A stretch of 64,000 nt of DNA from an uncultured Collinsella sp. (GCA_900757595.1 CAAEOL010000023.1:2248-66247); one strand, 5' to 3'; shown: positions 37,271-47,569, numbered from the stretch's first letter. Program-made: numbers and translations. Notes: generated by a model from the sequence alone, not told the origin.

Positions 37271-39031
37271 TTATGCCTCGAGGTTTTCCTCGATCCAGGC
37301 GACGGCACCCTTGGGATCCTTAGTGAGGTCGATGTACTGTTTGCCCTTGGGCGACAGCAGCGTGATGCCCAGGCGGTCGGTGTCGGCCTTCATCTCGTTG
37401 TAATAGGTGCGAACCTGCGGAGCCAGGACGATGACGTTGTACTGGTCCATGATGGCGTAGTGACTACCGTAGGCACCGGCGTTGGCGGTAATGTCGATGC
37501 CCAGCTCGTCGGCGCCTTCCTTAAGCGCGTTGGCGAGCAGTGCAGAGGTGCCGGCGCCAGCGCACAGAACCAGAACCCTCAGGTCCTTGCCCTTAAGGGC
37601 GGACGGAGCTGCGGAGGCCTCAGTGGCAGAAGCGGTCTCGACAACGGGAGCCTCAACGGCGGGGGCGGCAGCGGTCTTGACGGTCTTGGTCTCCTCGGCC
37701 TCTTCTTCGGCCAGGGTCTCGGCCTCCTGCTTGCACAGGACGTTGTCGTAGGCCTTGCAGAACGGGTAGTAGATCAAGAAGTCAACGACCAGCAGGACGA
37801 CAACCAGGACCAGAGAGATCGGCTGGAAGTTGGTGTCGATGAAGGTGCCGATCGGTCCGGGGAGTGCCCACGGCATGGCATAGATAAAGCCGTTCATGCC
37901 CAAAAAGTCGATGAAGAACTTACCAATGAGGACGTTGGCCACGGGGGCAAACAGGAACGGGATCAGGAAGTACGGGTTGAGGATGATGGGCGCGGCGAAC
38001 AGCAGCGGCTCGTTGACGGCGAACATCACGGGTACGACAGAGGCTTTGCCGACGGCCTTGAGCTGCTTGGAGCGCATAAAGAGCAGGAAGATGATCGGGA
38101 CAATGAACGTGGCGCCGGTGCCGCCGAGTTCGCCGATGTAGTTACCGAAGTTCTCGGTCAGGGCGAGGGCGGGGTGACCGCCGGCCTGCAGCGTGGCGAG
38201 GTTGGTGGTGATGTTGCCAAACAGCGCGGCGTTGAGGGCAGGTTTAACGACCGAGGGGCCGTGGATGCCCATGAACCAGAACAGCGGGATCATGAACCAG
38301 ATGAGGGCGAGGCCGGCGTAGGAATCGGCAGCGGCGAACAGCGGGCTCACCAGCGTGGAGATGACGTTGGCAAACGGGACGGCCAAGCAGGTGCGGCAGA
38401 TAACGTCGATGACGGCGACAAACAGGATGGAGAAGCTGAAGGCGAAGATGTCGCGGAAGTTCTGGGCGATGGCGCCGGGGACTTCTTTGGGCAGCTTGAT
38501 GGTGATGTCTCGCTTAATGCAGAAGGCATAGATGTTGACCGTGGCAAATGCGGCGACAAAGGAGCTCAGCAGGCCCTTGGTGCCCATGTTGTCGGTAAAG
38601 AACACCGAGACATCGGCGCCGTCGATCTTGGCACTCGTCTGGGTAACGGCCAAGATGAGCATAGCGCACATGGCGGCGACCATGGTGCTCGTGGCGTTGA
38701 TGGCCTTGCCGGCAGGCATGCGGCGGTTCTTGGAGCCGGTCAGCGCGCTTGCGGTGGTGCCGGCGACCATGATGCCCACGACGCCCATCGTGAAGTTGTA
38801 AACCTTGTTGCAGAAGTTCACGACGTCGACGTTCCACCAGTCGGGCAGCGTAAAGCCACCGACCGTGGCGACAACGCCCGGCAGGGTCGAAATAAGCAGG
38901 AAGACAGAAGAAGACAGAATGATGGGCATTGCTGCCAAAAAGCCGTCTTTAATGGCCTGAAGGTAGATGTTCTTAGAGACCTTGTCGAAGTACGGCTGAC
39001 CTTTCTCCAAGAACTTAACGATCGATTCCAT
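37271..39031 (-). CDS. lacE: Lactose-family PTS EIICB, paralog 2
   Basis: Same motifs as paralog 1; IIB Cys in VLVLCAGAGTS. Confidence 0.92.
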   Translation of the reverse strand: MESIVKFLEKGQPYFDKVSKNIYLQAIKDGFLAAMPIILSSSVFLLISTLPGVVATVGGFTLPDWWNVDVVNFCNKVYNFTMGVVGIMVAGTTASALTGSKNRRMPAGKAINATSTMVAAMCAMLILAVTQTSAKIDGADVSVFFTDNMGTKGLLSSFVAAFATVNIYAFCIKRDITIKLPKEVPGAIAQNFRDIFAFSFSILFVAVIDVICRTCLAVPFANVISTLVSPLFAAADSYAGLALIWFMIPLFWFMGIHGPSVVKPALNAALFGNITTNLATLQAGGHPALALTENFGNYIGELGGTGATFIVPIIFLLFMRSKQLKAVGKASVVPVMFAVNEPLLFAAPIILNPYFLIPFLFAPVANVLIGKFFIDFLGMNGFIYAMPWALPGPIGTFIDTNFQPISLVLVVVLLVVDFLIYYPFCKAYDNVLCKQEAETLAEEEAEETKTVKTAAAPAVEAPVVETASATEASAAPSALKGKDLRVLVLCAGAGTSALLANALKEGADELGIDITANAGAYGSHYAIMDQYNVIVLAPQVRTYYNEMKADTDRLGITLLSPKGKQYIDLTKDPKGAVAWIEENLEA

Positions 39032-39207
39032 AGTTCACGCTCCTCTTTGCATGAAATCTTAATGGCATGGACGTTGAAAACCTATATGGTCTCCCGCTTG
39101 CTAAAAGCCCGGGTGCAGGCGGGGTCGGTCCCAGGGGGAGAGAGGGGAGCGGCTGGGTTTGTATCGCATAGGGCCGCTCCCTTCTCGGGGGAAAGCGAGG
39201 CGATGCG

Positions 39208-40656
39208 CTACTGCGCGTCCGCCATGGTGTCGGCGAGCTCCTTGTACCAGAGTGCCGACTGCTTGATGTAGCGTTTTTGCGTGTCGAAGTCGATGTAGAA
39301 CAGGCCGTAGCGCTTGTTATAGCCATTGGCCCACGAGAACTGGTCCTGCAGGCTCCAGATAAAGTAGCCCTGGACGTCGACGCCCTCGGCGCGCGCCTGG
39401 AGCACCTTCTCCATGTGCTGGTCGACAAAGTCGATGCGCTCGGGATCAGCGACGATGCCGTTTGCGTCGGGCTCGGGGTCCTTGTGGCCCAGGCCGTTTT
39501 CGGTGATATAGATGACGGGGAGGTTGGGATAGGTGGCGCTGATGTGCTTGAGCGTGTCGTAGAGGCCTTGCGGGTAGATGAGCCAATCCCAGTCGGTGGT
39601 GGGGATACCCGGCATATCGACCTGCTGCCCGACGCCCTTAAACTTAAAGCACGAGGTGCCCTTGTCTCCGGTGCCGTTAAAGCTGTTGGTGGACTCGCCA
39701 TCGTAGGCGGCGATAAACGCCGACTGATAGTAGTTGAGGCCGAACATATCGTTGCGGGGCGCCGCCTTGGCGAGCTCCTCCATGTCGCTGTCCTCAACCG
39801 TAAGTGTGGCGTTGTTGGCACGCAGAATCTCGTTGATGAGTGAGAGGGTGCGCGCGGAGTAGTGACCCAGGAAGGCGCCGTCCATGATGAAGTCGGTGTA
39901 GAAGGCGTTGTACAGGTCGGCGGCGTGCTGGTCGGCGGGCGAGTCGGTGGCAGGATATGCCGGCGTCAGGACGTTGACCATGCCAATGCGTCCGCCCAGG
40001 TGCTCGGTCTCGTCAAGATCCTTATACAGGTTGACGGCGCGGGCGTGGGCAACGAGCTCGTTGTGCTGGCTCTGGATGCCGCTCGTCACATCAAAGTGAT
40101 GGTTGGGCGGGAAGTTGCCTTGGATGTATTGGGAGTGCGAGAGGCTGATGAGCTCGTTGATGGTGAACCAATTCTTGACCTCGCGGAACTCGCGGAAGCA
40201 GAACTCGGCATAGCGCACATAGGCGTCGACGGTCTTGCGGTTGAGCCAGTCGCCCTGGTTGAACAGGGCAGCGGGGGAGTCAAAGTGATGCAGGGACACA
40301 TAGGGCTCGACGCCATACTTTTTGCAGCAGGCGAACAACTCGTGGTAGTGCTTAACGCCCTCGGCGAGGGGCTCGGCATCGTCGCCGTTGGGGAAGATGC
40401 GGGTCCAGGCGATGGACACACGGATGGCGTTGAGTCCATGCTCGGCAGAAAGGCGGATATCCTCCTCGTAGCGGTTGTAGAAATCACTGGCCGGGTCGGG
40501 CAAAAAGCGACCCTGGGCGACAAGGTAATCGTCCCACATGGTCTTGCCCTTGCCTGCCACCTTCGTGGAACCTTCCGTTTGGTACGCGGCGGTTGCGGCG
40601 CCCCATACAAAGCCCTTCGGCAGCTGCTGTACGCGGTTTAGCAAAGACATATACAT
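39208..40656 (-). CDS. lacG: 6-phospho-beta-galactosidase (GH1), paralog 2
   Basis: TAAYQTEG, TINE, ITENG, DQFSWANGY. Confidence 0.92.
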   Translation of the reverse strand: MYMSLLNRVQQLPKGFVWGAATAAYQTEGSTKVAGKGKTMWDDYLVAQGRFLPDPASDFYNRYEEDIRLSAEHGLNAIRVSIAWTRIFPNGDDAEPLAEGVKHYHELFACCKKYGVEPYVSLHHFDSPAALFNQGDWLNRKTVDAYVRYAEFCFREFREVKNWFTINELISLSHSQYIQGNFPPNHHFDVTSGIQSQHNELVAHARAVNLYKDLDETEHLGGRIGMVNVLTPAYPATDSPADQHAADLYNAFYTDFIMDGAFLGHYSARTLSLINEILRANNATLTVEDSDMEELAKAAPRNDMFGLNYYQSAFIAAYDGESTNSFNGTGDKGTSCFKFKGVGQQVDMPGIPTTDWDWLIYPQGLYDTLKHISATYPNLPVIYITENGLGHKDPEPDANGIVADPERIDFVDQHMEKVLQARAEGVDVQGYFIWSLQDQFSWANGYNKRYGLFYIDFDTQKRYIKQSALWYKELADTMADAQ

Positions 40657-40770
40657 ACATCCTCTCGTCTCGCTGTTCGATATTGTGCGTTTGAGCTCAG
40701 GAGGCTCCCTGGTTAGCGTTCAGCGGTGAAAAAGCCCGATAAACACTATCTTAAAATGATTAGAACCAAA

Positions 40771-40808
40771 ATGAGCACGTGAACATTTGACAATGAGCAC
40801 GTTAACAT
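40771..40808. promoter_or_regulatory. Tandem LacI-type operators (third copy at 40925-40940)
   Basis: ATGAGCACGTGAACAT, ATGAGCACGTTAACAT, ATGAGCACGTTATCAA. Confidence 0.7.
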
Positions 40809-41000
40809 CCGGCTGGGATGTATAGAAACAAAACAACTTCAAACAGCCGCGAACGGTTGTATTTGTTCGGTAAGCGGTTTTGATTGACAGAAGTTTTCAT
40901 GTTGTGGTATATGGCTCGGGTATCATGAGCACGTTATCAATGTATGTACGATGCGCCATGGGCGCGGGGAATAGTTGGGAAGCAGGTTAGCGTGAAAGGC

Positions 41001-42029
41001 ATGGCTCAGCAGACAAGGAATGGTCGTTCGGCGAGCGCGGCAGAGGTTGCGGCGCTCGCTGGCGTGAGCCGCCAGACTGTGTCTCGCGTGGTCAACGGTA
41101 TGCCCAACGTGACGGAAAAGACGCGCAAGCGCGTGCTGGCCGCCATGGAAGAGCTGGGCTTTCGTCCCAATTTTGCTGGAGCGGCGTTGCGCGGCGGGTC
41201 GTATCGTTCTATTGGCCTGTGCATGTACAACATCACACGTGTCGGTAACCTGGCGACGCTCGAGGGTATCATGCAAGCGGCGCGCGAGCACGATTTTGCC
41301 GTCACTATGATCGAGATGGGCGGCGACAAGCCCTATGCACTTGCCGATGCCTCGCGCCGCATGGTCGAGCGACCCGTCGACGGCATGATTCTCAACATGA
41401 ACCGCATGGCTCCCGATTTTGAGGAGTTTGTTCCCCAGCCGGGAGTGCGAACGGTCATCCTGTCCATGTATTCGCACCCGCGCTGCACGACGATCGACTC
41501 CGACCAGTATGGTTCGTGCGAGCTGTTGACCAATTATCTGCTGGAACATGGTCACTCGAATATGCGGTTTGTGGCGGGTCCGGAAAACTCGATTTCCTCG
41601 CGTTTTCGAGAGGCCGGTTGGCGCGATACGCTGGGTCGTGCTCATGTCGATGCCGCTCCGATGCTGCGTGGCGATTGGAGTGCGGATAGTGGGTACGCCA
41701 TGGGCGAGCGGATTGCGGCCGAGGTGCTTGCCGGCGGGTCACAGGCGCCGACTGCCGTGCTTGCGGCAAATGACCAGATGGCGCTGGGCGTTATCGCCGC
41801 GCTCGAGAACGCGGGCCTGTCCGTGCCCGACGACGTGAGCGTGGTTGGTATCGACGACGCACTCGAGGGACTTGTTCCTCACAATCGGCTGACGACGCTG
41901 CGATTTGATTTGCGCGGTGTCGGTAAGCTTGCGTTTGAGGCGGCGATTGGAGAGAGCTCGTCTATCGAGGCGATTCATGTGCCGAGTACGTTGGTCGAAC
42001 GCTCGACTGTTAGGGACATACGGGGTTAG
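41001..42029 (+). CDS. LacI-family regulator 2
   Basis: EVAALAGVSRQTVSRVVNG. Confidence 0.93.
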   Translation: MAQQTRNGRSASAAEVAALAGVSRQTVSRVVNGMPNVTEKTRKRVLAAMEELGFRPNFAGAALRGGSYRSIGLCMYNITRVGNLATLEGIMQAAREHDFAVTMIEMGGDKPYALADASRRMVERPVDGMILNMNRMAPDFEEFVPQPGVRTVILSMYSHPRCTTIDSDQYGSCELLTNYLLEHGHSNMRFVAGPENSISSRFREAGWRDTLGRAHVDAAPMLRGDWSADSGYAMGERIAAEVLAGGSQAPTAVLAANDQMALGVIAALENAGLSVPDDVSVVGIDDALEGLVPHNRLTTLRFDLRGVGKLAFEAAIGESSSIEAIHVPSTLVERSTVRDIRG

Positions 42030-42040
42030 GTCCTACTCCG

Positions 42041-42185
42041 TTTGTCTCGGTCTGTAACAGGTAGACGGTCAAAAGCGGGCTACGTGTTACAGATTTAGAT
42101 TCTTCGGAAAGAGCAATCCTGTTCATCTCAATCTGTAACAGTTAGGACCGAAAAACTCGGCTAGATGTTACAGATCGAGACAAAT
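42041..42185. repeat. Two palindromic REP-like units with an 80-bp period
   Basis: TCTGTAACA...TGTTACAGA units at 42041 and 42121. Confidence 0.85.
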
Positions 42186-42296
42186 GGTTGCCGACTCGCT
42201 CAAAAACAAAAAGACCGGGGGCGGCGCGCCGTGTGACGTGCCGCCCCCGGCTGAGAAATGGGGACAGGTTGTGTGGGCAGACAGCCCCGCAAGCCG

Positions 42297-43736
42297 CTAG
42301 TCCAGACGACGGGTCTGCGCTACGTGCTTATACCAGTACGCGCTTGCCTTGGGCGTGCGCTTCTGGGTTTCAAAGTCAACGTAGAAGAAGCCATAACGCT
42401 TGTTGTAGCCATTGGTCCAGGAGAACTGATCCTGCAAGCTCCACAGGAAGTAGCCGCCCACGTTGACGCCCACCTCCATGGCCTTAAGCAGCCAGCGCAG
42501 GTGCTGCTCGATGTAGTCGATGCGCGGCTGGTCGTCCACAAAACCGTCCTTGTAGGGGTCCTTGTAGCCCATGCCGTTCTCGGTGATGAAGATCTGCTTG
42601 TAGTTGGGGTAGCGCTGCTTAATGTAGACGAGCAGATCGAACAGACCCTCGGGATAGATGATCCAGTCCCAGTCGGTGGTGGGGATGCCAGGCTTGTTCA
42701 CATGCTCGCCAATGCCCTTGACGCGCCAGCGACCGGTGCCCTTCTCGCCCGTACCGTTGTGGTGCAGGTCGTTCTCGCCATCGTAAGCCTTGAGGAAGCG
42801 GCACTGGTAGTTGTTAACACCCAGGTAGTCGTTGTAGAGCGCTGCCTCGCGCATGATCTCGAGATCCTCCTCGCGGATCTCGATGGTGCCGCCGGAGACT
42901 GCGGCCAGGCGGTTGGCGCACTCGAGGGTGTCGGGGGCATAGTCGCCGCGGAAGGTGGCGTCGAGCAGGAACTGGTTTTGCAGCACGTGCTCGTTGTTGG
43001 CGGCTTTGATGTCGGCGGGGTCGTTCTCGTTGAGCGGATACTTAAACTCCAGCGACTGAATGACGCCGATCTTGCCCTTAAAGCCGCCGTTGTGGAAGGC
43101 CAGCACAGCCTTGGCGTGGGCGAGCATCATGTTGTGCTCGCACTGGAAGGCCTCGGCCAGGTGCGCCTTGACGCCGCCGGGGAAGGTGCCCTCGATGTAG
43201 GTGTTGGAGGCGTCGGCCCAGATCTCGTTAAAAGTGAACCAATAGGTCACCTGGTCGGCGTACTCCTTAAAGCAGAAGGTGGCAAAGTCCACAAAGGCGT
43301 CGATGGTCTCGCGGTTGAGGAAGTCGCCCTTCTCAAAGAGGGGCAGCGGCGTGTCGAAGTGATGCAGCGTGACAAACGGCTCAACGTGGTGCTTGTGGCA
43401 CTCGGCAAAGAGGTCGTGGTAGAACTGCACGCCCTCGGGGTTCACCTTGCCGGTGCCCTCGGGGAAGATGCGGCTCCAGGCGATGGAGAGGCGAATACCG
43501 TTGATGCCAAACTCCTCGCACAGCTCCAGATCGACGGGGTACTGGTTGTAGAAGTCGGAGGCGGGGTCGGGGGAGAAACGGCCCTGGGCCTCCAAGAAGT
43601 CGTCCCACGCGACCTTGCCCTTACCGTGAGTGCGGGTCTCGCCCTCTACCTGGTAGGCAGCAGTGGCGCCGCCAAAGACAAAGTCCTCGGGAAACTGCGC
43701 GGGCGGGTTGGTGACGCTAGCAGGGTTAACGGACAT
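42297..43736 (-). CDS. lacG: 6-phospho-beta-galactosidase (GH1), paralog 3
   Basis: GGATAAYQVEG, TFNE, ITENG. Confidence 0.92.
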   Translation of the reverse strand: MSVNPASVTNPPAQFPEDFVFGGATAAYQVEGETRTHGKGKVAWDDFLEAQGRFSPDPASDFYNQYPVDLELCEEFGINGIRLSIAWSRIFPEGTGKVNPEGVQFYHDLFAECHKHHVEPFVTLHHFDTPLPLFEKGDFLNRETIDAFVDFATFCFKEYADQVTYWFTFNEIWADASNTYIEGTFPGGVKAHLAEAFQCEHNMMLAHAKAVLAFHNGGFKGKIGVIQSLEFKYPLNENDPADIKAANNEHVLQNQFLLDATFRGDYAPDTLECANRLAAVSGGTIEIREEDLEIMREAALYNDYLGVNNYQCRFLKAYDGENDLHHNGTGEKGTGRWRVKGIGEHVNKPGIPTTDWDWIIYPEGLFDLLVYIKQRYPNYKQIFITENGMGYKDPYKDGFVDDQPRIDYIEQHLRWLLKAMEVGVNVGGYFLWSLQDQFSWTNGYNKRYGFFYVDFETQKRTPKASAYWYKHVAQTRRLD

Positions 43737-43806
43737 GATGAAATATCCAATCGTCTAAATCGAAGGGCCAGCCGGCCTTGGATGGTCGGCTGGCCCTAAG
43801 TGCTAC

Positions 43807-45576
43807 TTACTTGGAGAGTTGCTCGCTTACGAAGGCGAGAGACTTGTCGCCGTTCTGGGAGAGCTCGATGTACTGCTTACCACGGCAGGCGACGCACTTG
43901 TTGCCCACACGCTCGCAGTCCTTCTGCAGGTCGGCCAGGTAGCTGGCAGCCTGCGGGGCCAGGACGACCAGGTCAAAGTCGGGGAGCATGTCCACGTGGT
44001 TGCCATAGGCGTCGGCAGCGGTCTCAAGATCGATGCCGCGCTCCTTGGCGGCCTTGGCCAGCGCGTTGGCGAGCAGGCCCGAGGTGCCGCCGCCCTGGCA
44101 GAGCACGAGTACGCGCTTGCCGTTGAGGTCGCTGGCGGCCGTAGCCTCGGTTGCGGCAGCAGCGGGGGCGGCGTCGGTCTTTACGACCTCGGCAGCGGCG
44201 CCGGCGGCAACACTCTTGGCGTCGGCCTTACCCTGGAAGGCGTCGTTGAGCTTGGCGGCCTTCTCGGCGTTCTTGGCGGCGAGCTCCTCCTGGGAGATCT
44301 CGGCCTCCTCGGCGCACTTTTGGGCGTCATAGGCACGGAAGAACGGGTAGTACAGGGCAAAGTCGACGACCAGGATGATGGCGAGCATCACAAAGGCGAG
44401 CGGCTGGAAGCCAAGGCCCATGATGGTGCCGATGGGGCCGGGAACAGTCCAGGGCAAGGTGTACATAAAGCCGTTCATGCCCAAGAAGTCGATAAAGACC
44501 TTGAGGATCCAGATGTTGGCGATCGGGGCAAAGACAAACGGGACAAAGAAGACGGGATTGAGCACGATAGGTGCGGCGAACAGCAGCGGCTCGTTGACGG
44601 CAAAGCACACGGGGACGATGGCGGCCTTACCGACGGCGCGCATCTCCTGGGACTTGGCCAAGAAACAGAACATAAAGACCAGGACGAGCGTAGCGCCGGT
44701 GCCGCCCATGCATACGACGAAGTACTGGGCGCCCTGCGTCAGGACGGCGGTGGCGTGCTCGCCGGCCTGGAATGCGGCCAGGTTGTCGGTCATGTTGGCA
44801 ACGAGGGCGGCGGCGATGGCGGGCTCGACGATCGAGGGGCCGTGGACGCCGACGAACCAGAAGAGGCTCATGGCACCGTAGATCACAGCGAGACCGATGT
44901 AGCCGTCGGCAGCGGTGAACAGGGGCTGGAACACCTGGATGACGCCCTGGGCAAAGCAGAAGCCAAAGGCAGCGCGGAAGACGATGTCAAAGACCCAAAA
45001 GACGGTGATGCAGACGGAGAAGGGGATGATGTCCTTAAAGGTCTGCGAGATGTTGGGCGGAACCTGCTCGGGCATCTTGACGGTGATGTTGCGCTTAATA
45101 AAGAACTTGTAGATGATGCCGGTCGCAAATGCAGCGATGAAGGCAGTCAGCAGGCCTTTGGAACCAAGATAGGTGGTGTTGAAGCCGCTGGCGGCGTCCG
45201 TGGCGATCGTGTCGCTCGAAAGGAGCAAGAAGCCGATGATGGCCGCGCACATGCACGAGATGAAGTTGATCTGGTTGTTCTTGGGCAGGTCACGGTTCTG
45301 AGCGTCGGCGAAGTGCTTGGCCGTGGTGGCGGCGCAGGCGATGGCCAGGATGCCCATGGAGTAGTTGTAGCACTTCCACAGGGCGTTGTTGATGTCATCG
45401 GGCCAGTAGAAACCCCAGATGTTGGGGACCGAGGCTACCAGGCAGAAGATGGACGAGAAGATGATGATGGGGATGACGGAGATAAAGCCGTCGCGAATCG
45501 CCTTGAGGTACTTGTTGCGGGCGATCGCGTTGAAAAAGGGCTGGCCTTTTTCGATGGTGGCGATGAGTTGCTCTAT
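43807..45576 (-). CDS. lacE: Lactose-family PTS EIICB, paralog 3 (ATA at the expected start)
   Basis: The frame is open 73 codons upstream of the ORF-track start, to AGGAG-ctttgc-ATA GAG CAA CTC (xEQLIATIEKGQPFF..KYLKAIRDGF), colinear with the paralog N-termini. IIB motif VLVLCQGGGTS. Confidence 0.85.
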   Translation of the reverse strand: MEQLIATIEKGQPFFNAIARNKYLKAIRDGFISVIPIIIFSSIFCLVASVPNIWGFYWPDDINNALWKCYNYSMGILAIACAATTAKHFADAQNRDLPKNNQINFISCMCAAIIGFLLLSSDTIATDAASGFNTTYLGSKGLLTAFIAAFATGIIYKFFIKRNITVKMPEQVPPNISQTFKDIIPFSVCITVFWVFDIVFRAAFGFCFAQGVIQVFQPLFTAADGYIGLAVIYGAMSLFWFVGVHGPSIVEPAIAAALVANMTDNLAAFQAGEHATAVLTQGAQYFVVCMGGTGATLVLVFMFCFLAKSQEMRAVGKAAIVPVCFAVNEPLLFAAPIVLNPVFFVPFVFAPIANIWILKVFIDFLGMNGFMYTLPWTVPGPIGTIMGLGFQPLAFVMLAIILVVDFALYYPFFRAYDAQKCAEEAEISQEELAAKNAEKAAKLNDAFQGKADAKSVAAGAAAEVVKTDAAPAAAATEATAASDLNGKRVLVLCQGGGTSGLLANALAKAAKERGIDLETAADAYGNHVDMLPDFDLVVLAPQAASYLADLQKDCERVGNKCVACRGKQYIELSQNGDKSLAFVSEQLSK

Positions 45577-45638
45577 GCAAAGCTCCTAAGAGTCGGTGGG
45601 TTAGCAACGATGGTAGCTTTTGACGTCTGGTTGCCAAA

Positions 45639-45774
45639 ATGTTGACGTTGCCATTTTGCGACACAAAAAAAGATGTGAATCGGTGGCCCCTGTGCCTGTA
45701 GACCGTCGATTCCTTGCGCGTAAACGATTGAGCCGCCCGGTGGCTCTGTGTTTGCACAATGGCAACGTTAACAT
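45639..45774. promoter_or_regulatory. LacI-type operators (third copy at 45904-45919)
   Basis: ATGTTGACGTTGCCAT (45639), ATGGCAACGTTAACAT (45759), ATGGCATCGTTGACAC (45904). Confidence 0.7.
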
Positions 45775-45933
45775 TTGGGCGACAAAAGCCGTTCGGGGAC
45801 GCGGAATTGTCGGTGAACGGTAGGTTTTGGGTGGTGAGCGTATTGCGGAGGAGGCGTTGGATATACTTGAAAGTGTCCAAAATGACTGCGCAAGATGCCA
45901 TCAATGGCATCGTTGACACAGAAAGATCGACCT

Positions 45934-46938
45934 ATGGCCGCTGTTAAAAAATCGGTTTCCGTCAAAGATGTGGCGCGCCTCGCGGGCGTCTCGGAACAGA
46001 CGGTCTCGCGCACCGTGCACGATTCGCCCAGCGTGCGCCCCGAGACCAAGGAGCGCGTGCGCGCCGCCATGCGCGAACTTGGCTACCGTCCAAACTTTGC
46101 CGGCCGGTCACTGCGCCGCGGCAAGTTCAAGACGGTCGGCGTCGCCATGTTCAACATTACCGGCACCGGCAACCTCGACCGTATGGAGGGTTTTGCCGCC
46201 GCTGCCGACAAGCACGGCTATGCCATCACCCTTATTAAAGTAGATGGACATCCCTATACCCTCGAGAGCGCATCGTCGCGCATGAGCGCGCTGCCGGTGG
46301 ACGGCATGGTCGTGATCATGAACCGCATGCCGGCGGATTTTGGCACCTTTGAGCCGCTGCCCGGCATGCAGACGGTGCTCGTTACCATGTTGGAGCACCC
46401 GCTGTGCTCGACGGTCGACAACGACCAGTTCGATTGCTCGCGCCAAGTTGTCGAGTACTTGCTGGGGCAGGGGCACAAGACCGTGCACTTTATCTCGTGT
46501 CCCGAGCGCTCGCTTTCGGGCATGCGGCGCGAGGAGGGCTGGCGTGAGACATTGCGTGCGCATGGTATTGAGCCGCCGCGACTCGTCCGTGGCGATTGGA
46601 CGGCACAGAGCGGATATGCTGCCGGCAAGGTGCTTGCGGACGATTCGACCTGTACGGCCATTTATGCTTCCAATGACGCCATGGCATACGGTTGCATTCG
46701 CGGGCTCGAGTCGCGCGGAAAGCGCGTGCCCGAGGACGTGAGCGTGGTGGGTGTCGATGACAGCCTGGGCGATATCGTGCCCGACCGTCGCCTGACCACC
46801 GTGCGCTTTGACAACAGGCGTGTCGGCATGTGGGCAGTCGATAAGATCGCCAGTGCCGAGGGGGGTGCGTCTGGCGTGGAGCACATGCTGATCCCCGGCG
46901 TGCTCGTAGAGGGCGATACGGTGCGCGATTTGCGCTAG
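45934..46938 (+). CDS. LacI-family regulator 3
   Basis: VKDVARLAGVSEQTVSRTVH. Confidence 0.93.
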   Translation: MAAVKKSVSVKDVARLAGVSEQTVSRTVHDSPSVRPETKERVRAAMRELGYRPNFAGRSLRRGKFKTVGVAMFNITGTGNLDRMEGFAAAADKHGYAITLIKVDGHPYTLESASSRMSALPVDGMVVIMNRMPADFGTFEPLPGMQTVLVTMLEHPLCSTVDNDQFDCSRQVVEYLLGQGHKTVHFISCPERSLSGMRREEGWRETLRAHGIEPPRLVRGDWTAQSGYAAGKVLADDSTCTAIYASNDAMAYGCIRGLESRGKRVPEDVSVVGVDDSLGDIVPDRRLTTVRFDNRRVGMWAVDKIASAEGGASGVEHMLIPGVLVEGDTVRDLR

Positions 46939-47152
46939 GGCGCGGTCCTGTTTGGGTTTCCGTTAATCATGTTTGATATTGTTCGAAATGGTTTGGAAAC
47001 CGTTCACGGGCGAAAATTGACCGTTCATAGCTTGAAATTATGTTTTGCGTTGTTCTTTTTTGTTTGAATGTTAATGTTTCTGCCATACAGAACGCAGCGC
47101 GTATGCCCGGACGCGATGCTCTCCATTGGTTCATATGTGAAAGGAACGCAAT

Positions 47153-47491
47153 ATGGCAACCAAAGAAGAAATCTCGATGGTTGGATTCGAGATCGTCGCA
47201 TACGCAGGTGACGCCCAGACCGATCTGCTTGCAGCGCTCGATGCTGCTCGCGAGGGTGATTTTGAGAAGGCCGAGCAGCTGCACAAGGATGCCAGCGATG
47301 CGCTCATCGGTGCCCACGACACGCAGACCAAGCTGCTTTCGCAGGAGGCCGGCGGTGGCGAGATGGAGATGACCTTCATCATGGCTCACGCTCAGGACAC
47401 TCTCATGACCACCATGATCCTGGAGAAGCAGACCCGCTTTACCATCGATGCCTATAAGCGCATCGCCGCACTCGAGGCTAAGCTCGCCTAA
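47153..47491 (+). CDS. lacF: Lactose-family PTS EIIA
   Basis: GFEIVAYAGDA, AHDTQT, MAHAQDTLMTT (phospho-His). Confidence 0.93.
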   Translation: MATKEEISMVGFEIVAYAGDAQTDLLAALDAAREGDFEKAEQLHKDASDALIGAHDTQTKLLSQEAGGGEMEMTFIMAHAQDTLMTTMILEKQTRFTIDAYKRIAALEAKLA

Positions 47492-47569
47492 CGAGCCTTC
47501 ACAACCAAGTCCCCTTCAAAAAACCCTGCCGCAAACTCGCGGTAGGGCTTTTTCTGTTTACCCGGCACT

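Noticed and set aside
32231..42185. The same hairpins as integron attC sites
   Set aside because: The ends do not fit RYYYAAC/GTTRRRY, the modules are multi-gene with their own promoters, and no IntI is present.
32433..45645. Very long + strand ORFs (32433-35900, 37202-39271, 42258-43799, 43819-45645)
   Set aside because: Antisense shadows of lacG/lacE caused by GC-rich codon bias; no recognisable motifs. The same applies to 12704-14398, 18665-19744, 28648-29808 and 59302-60291.
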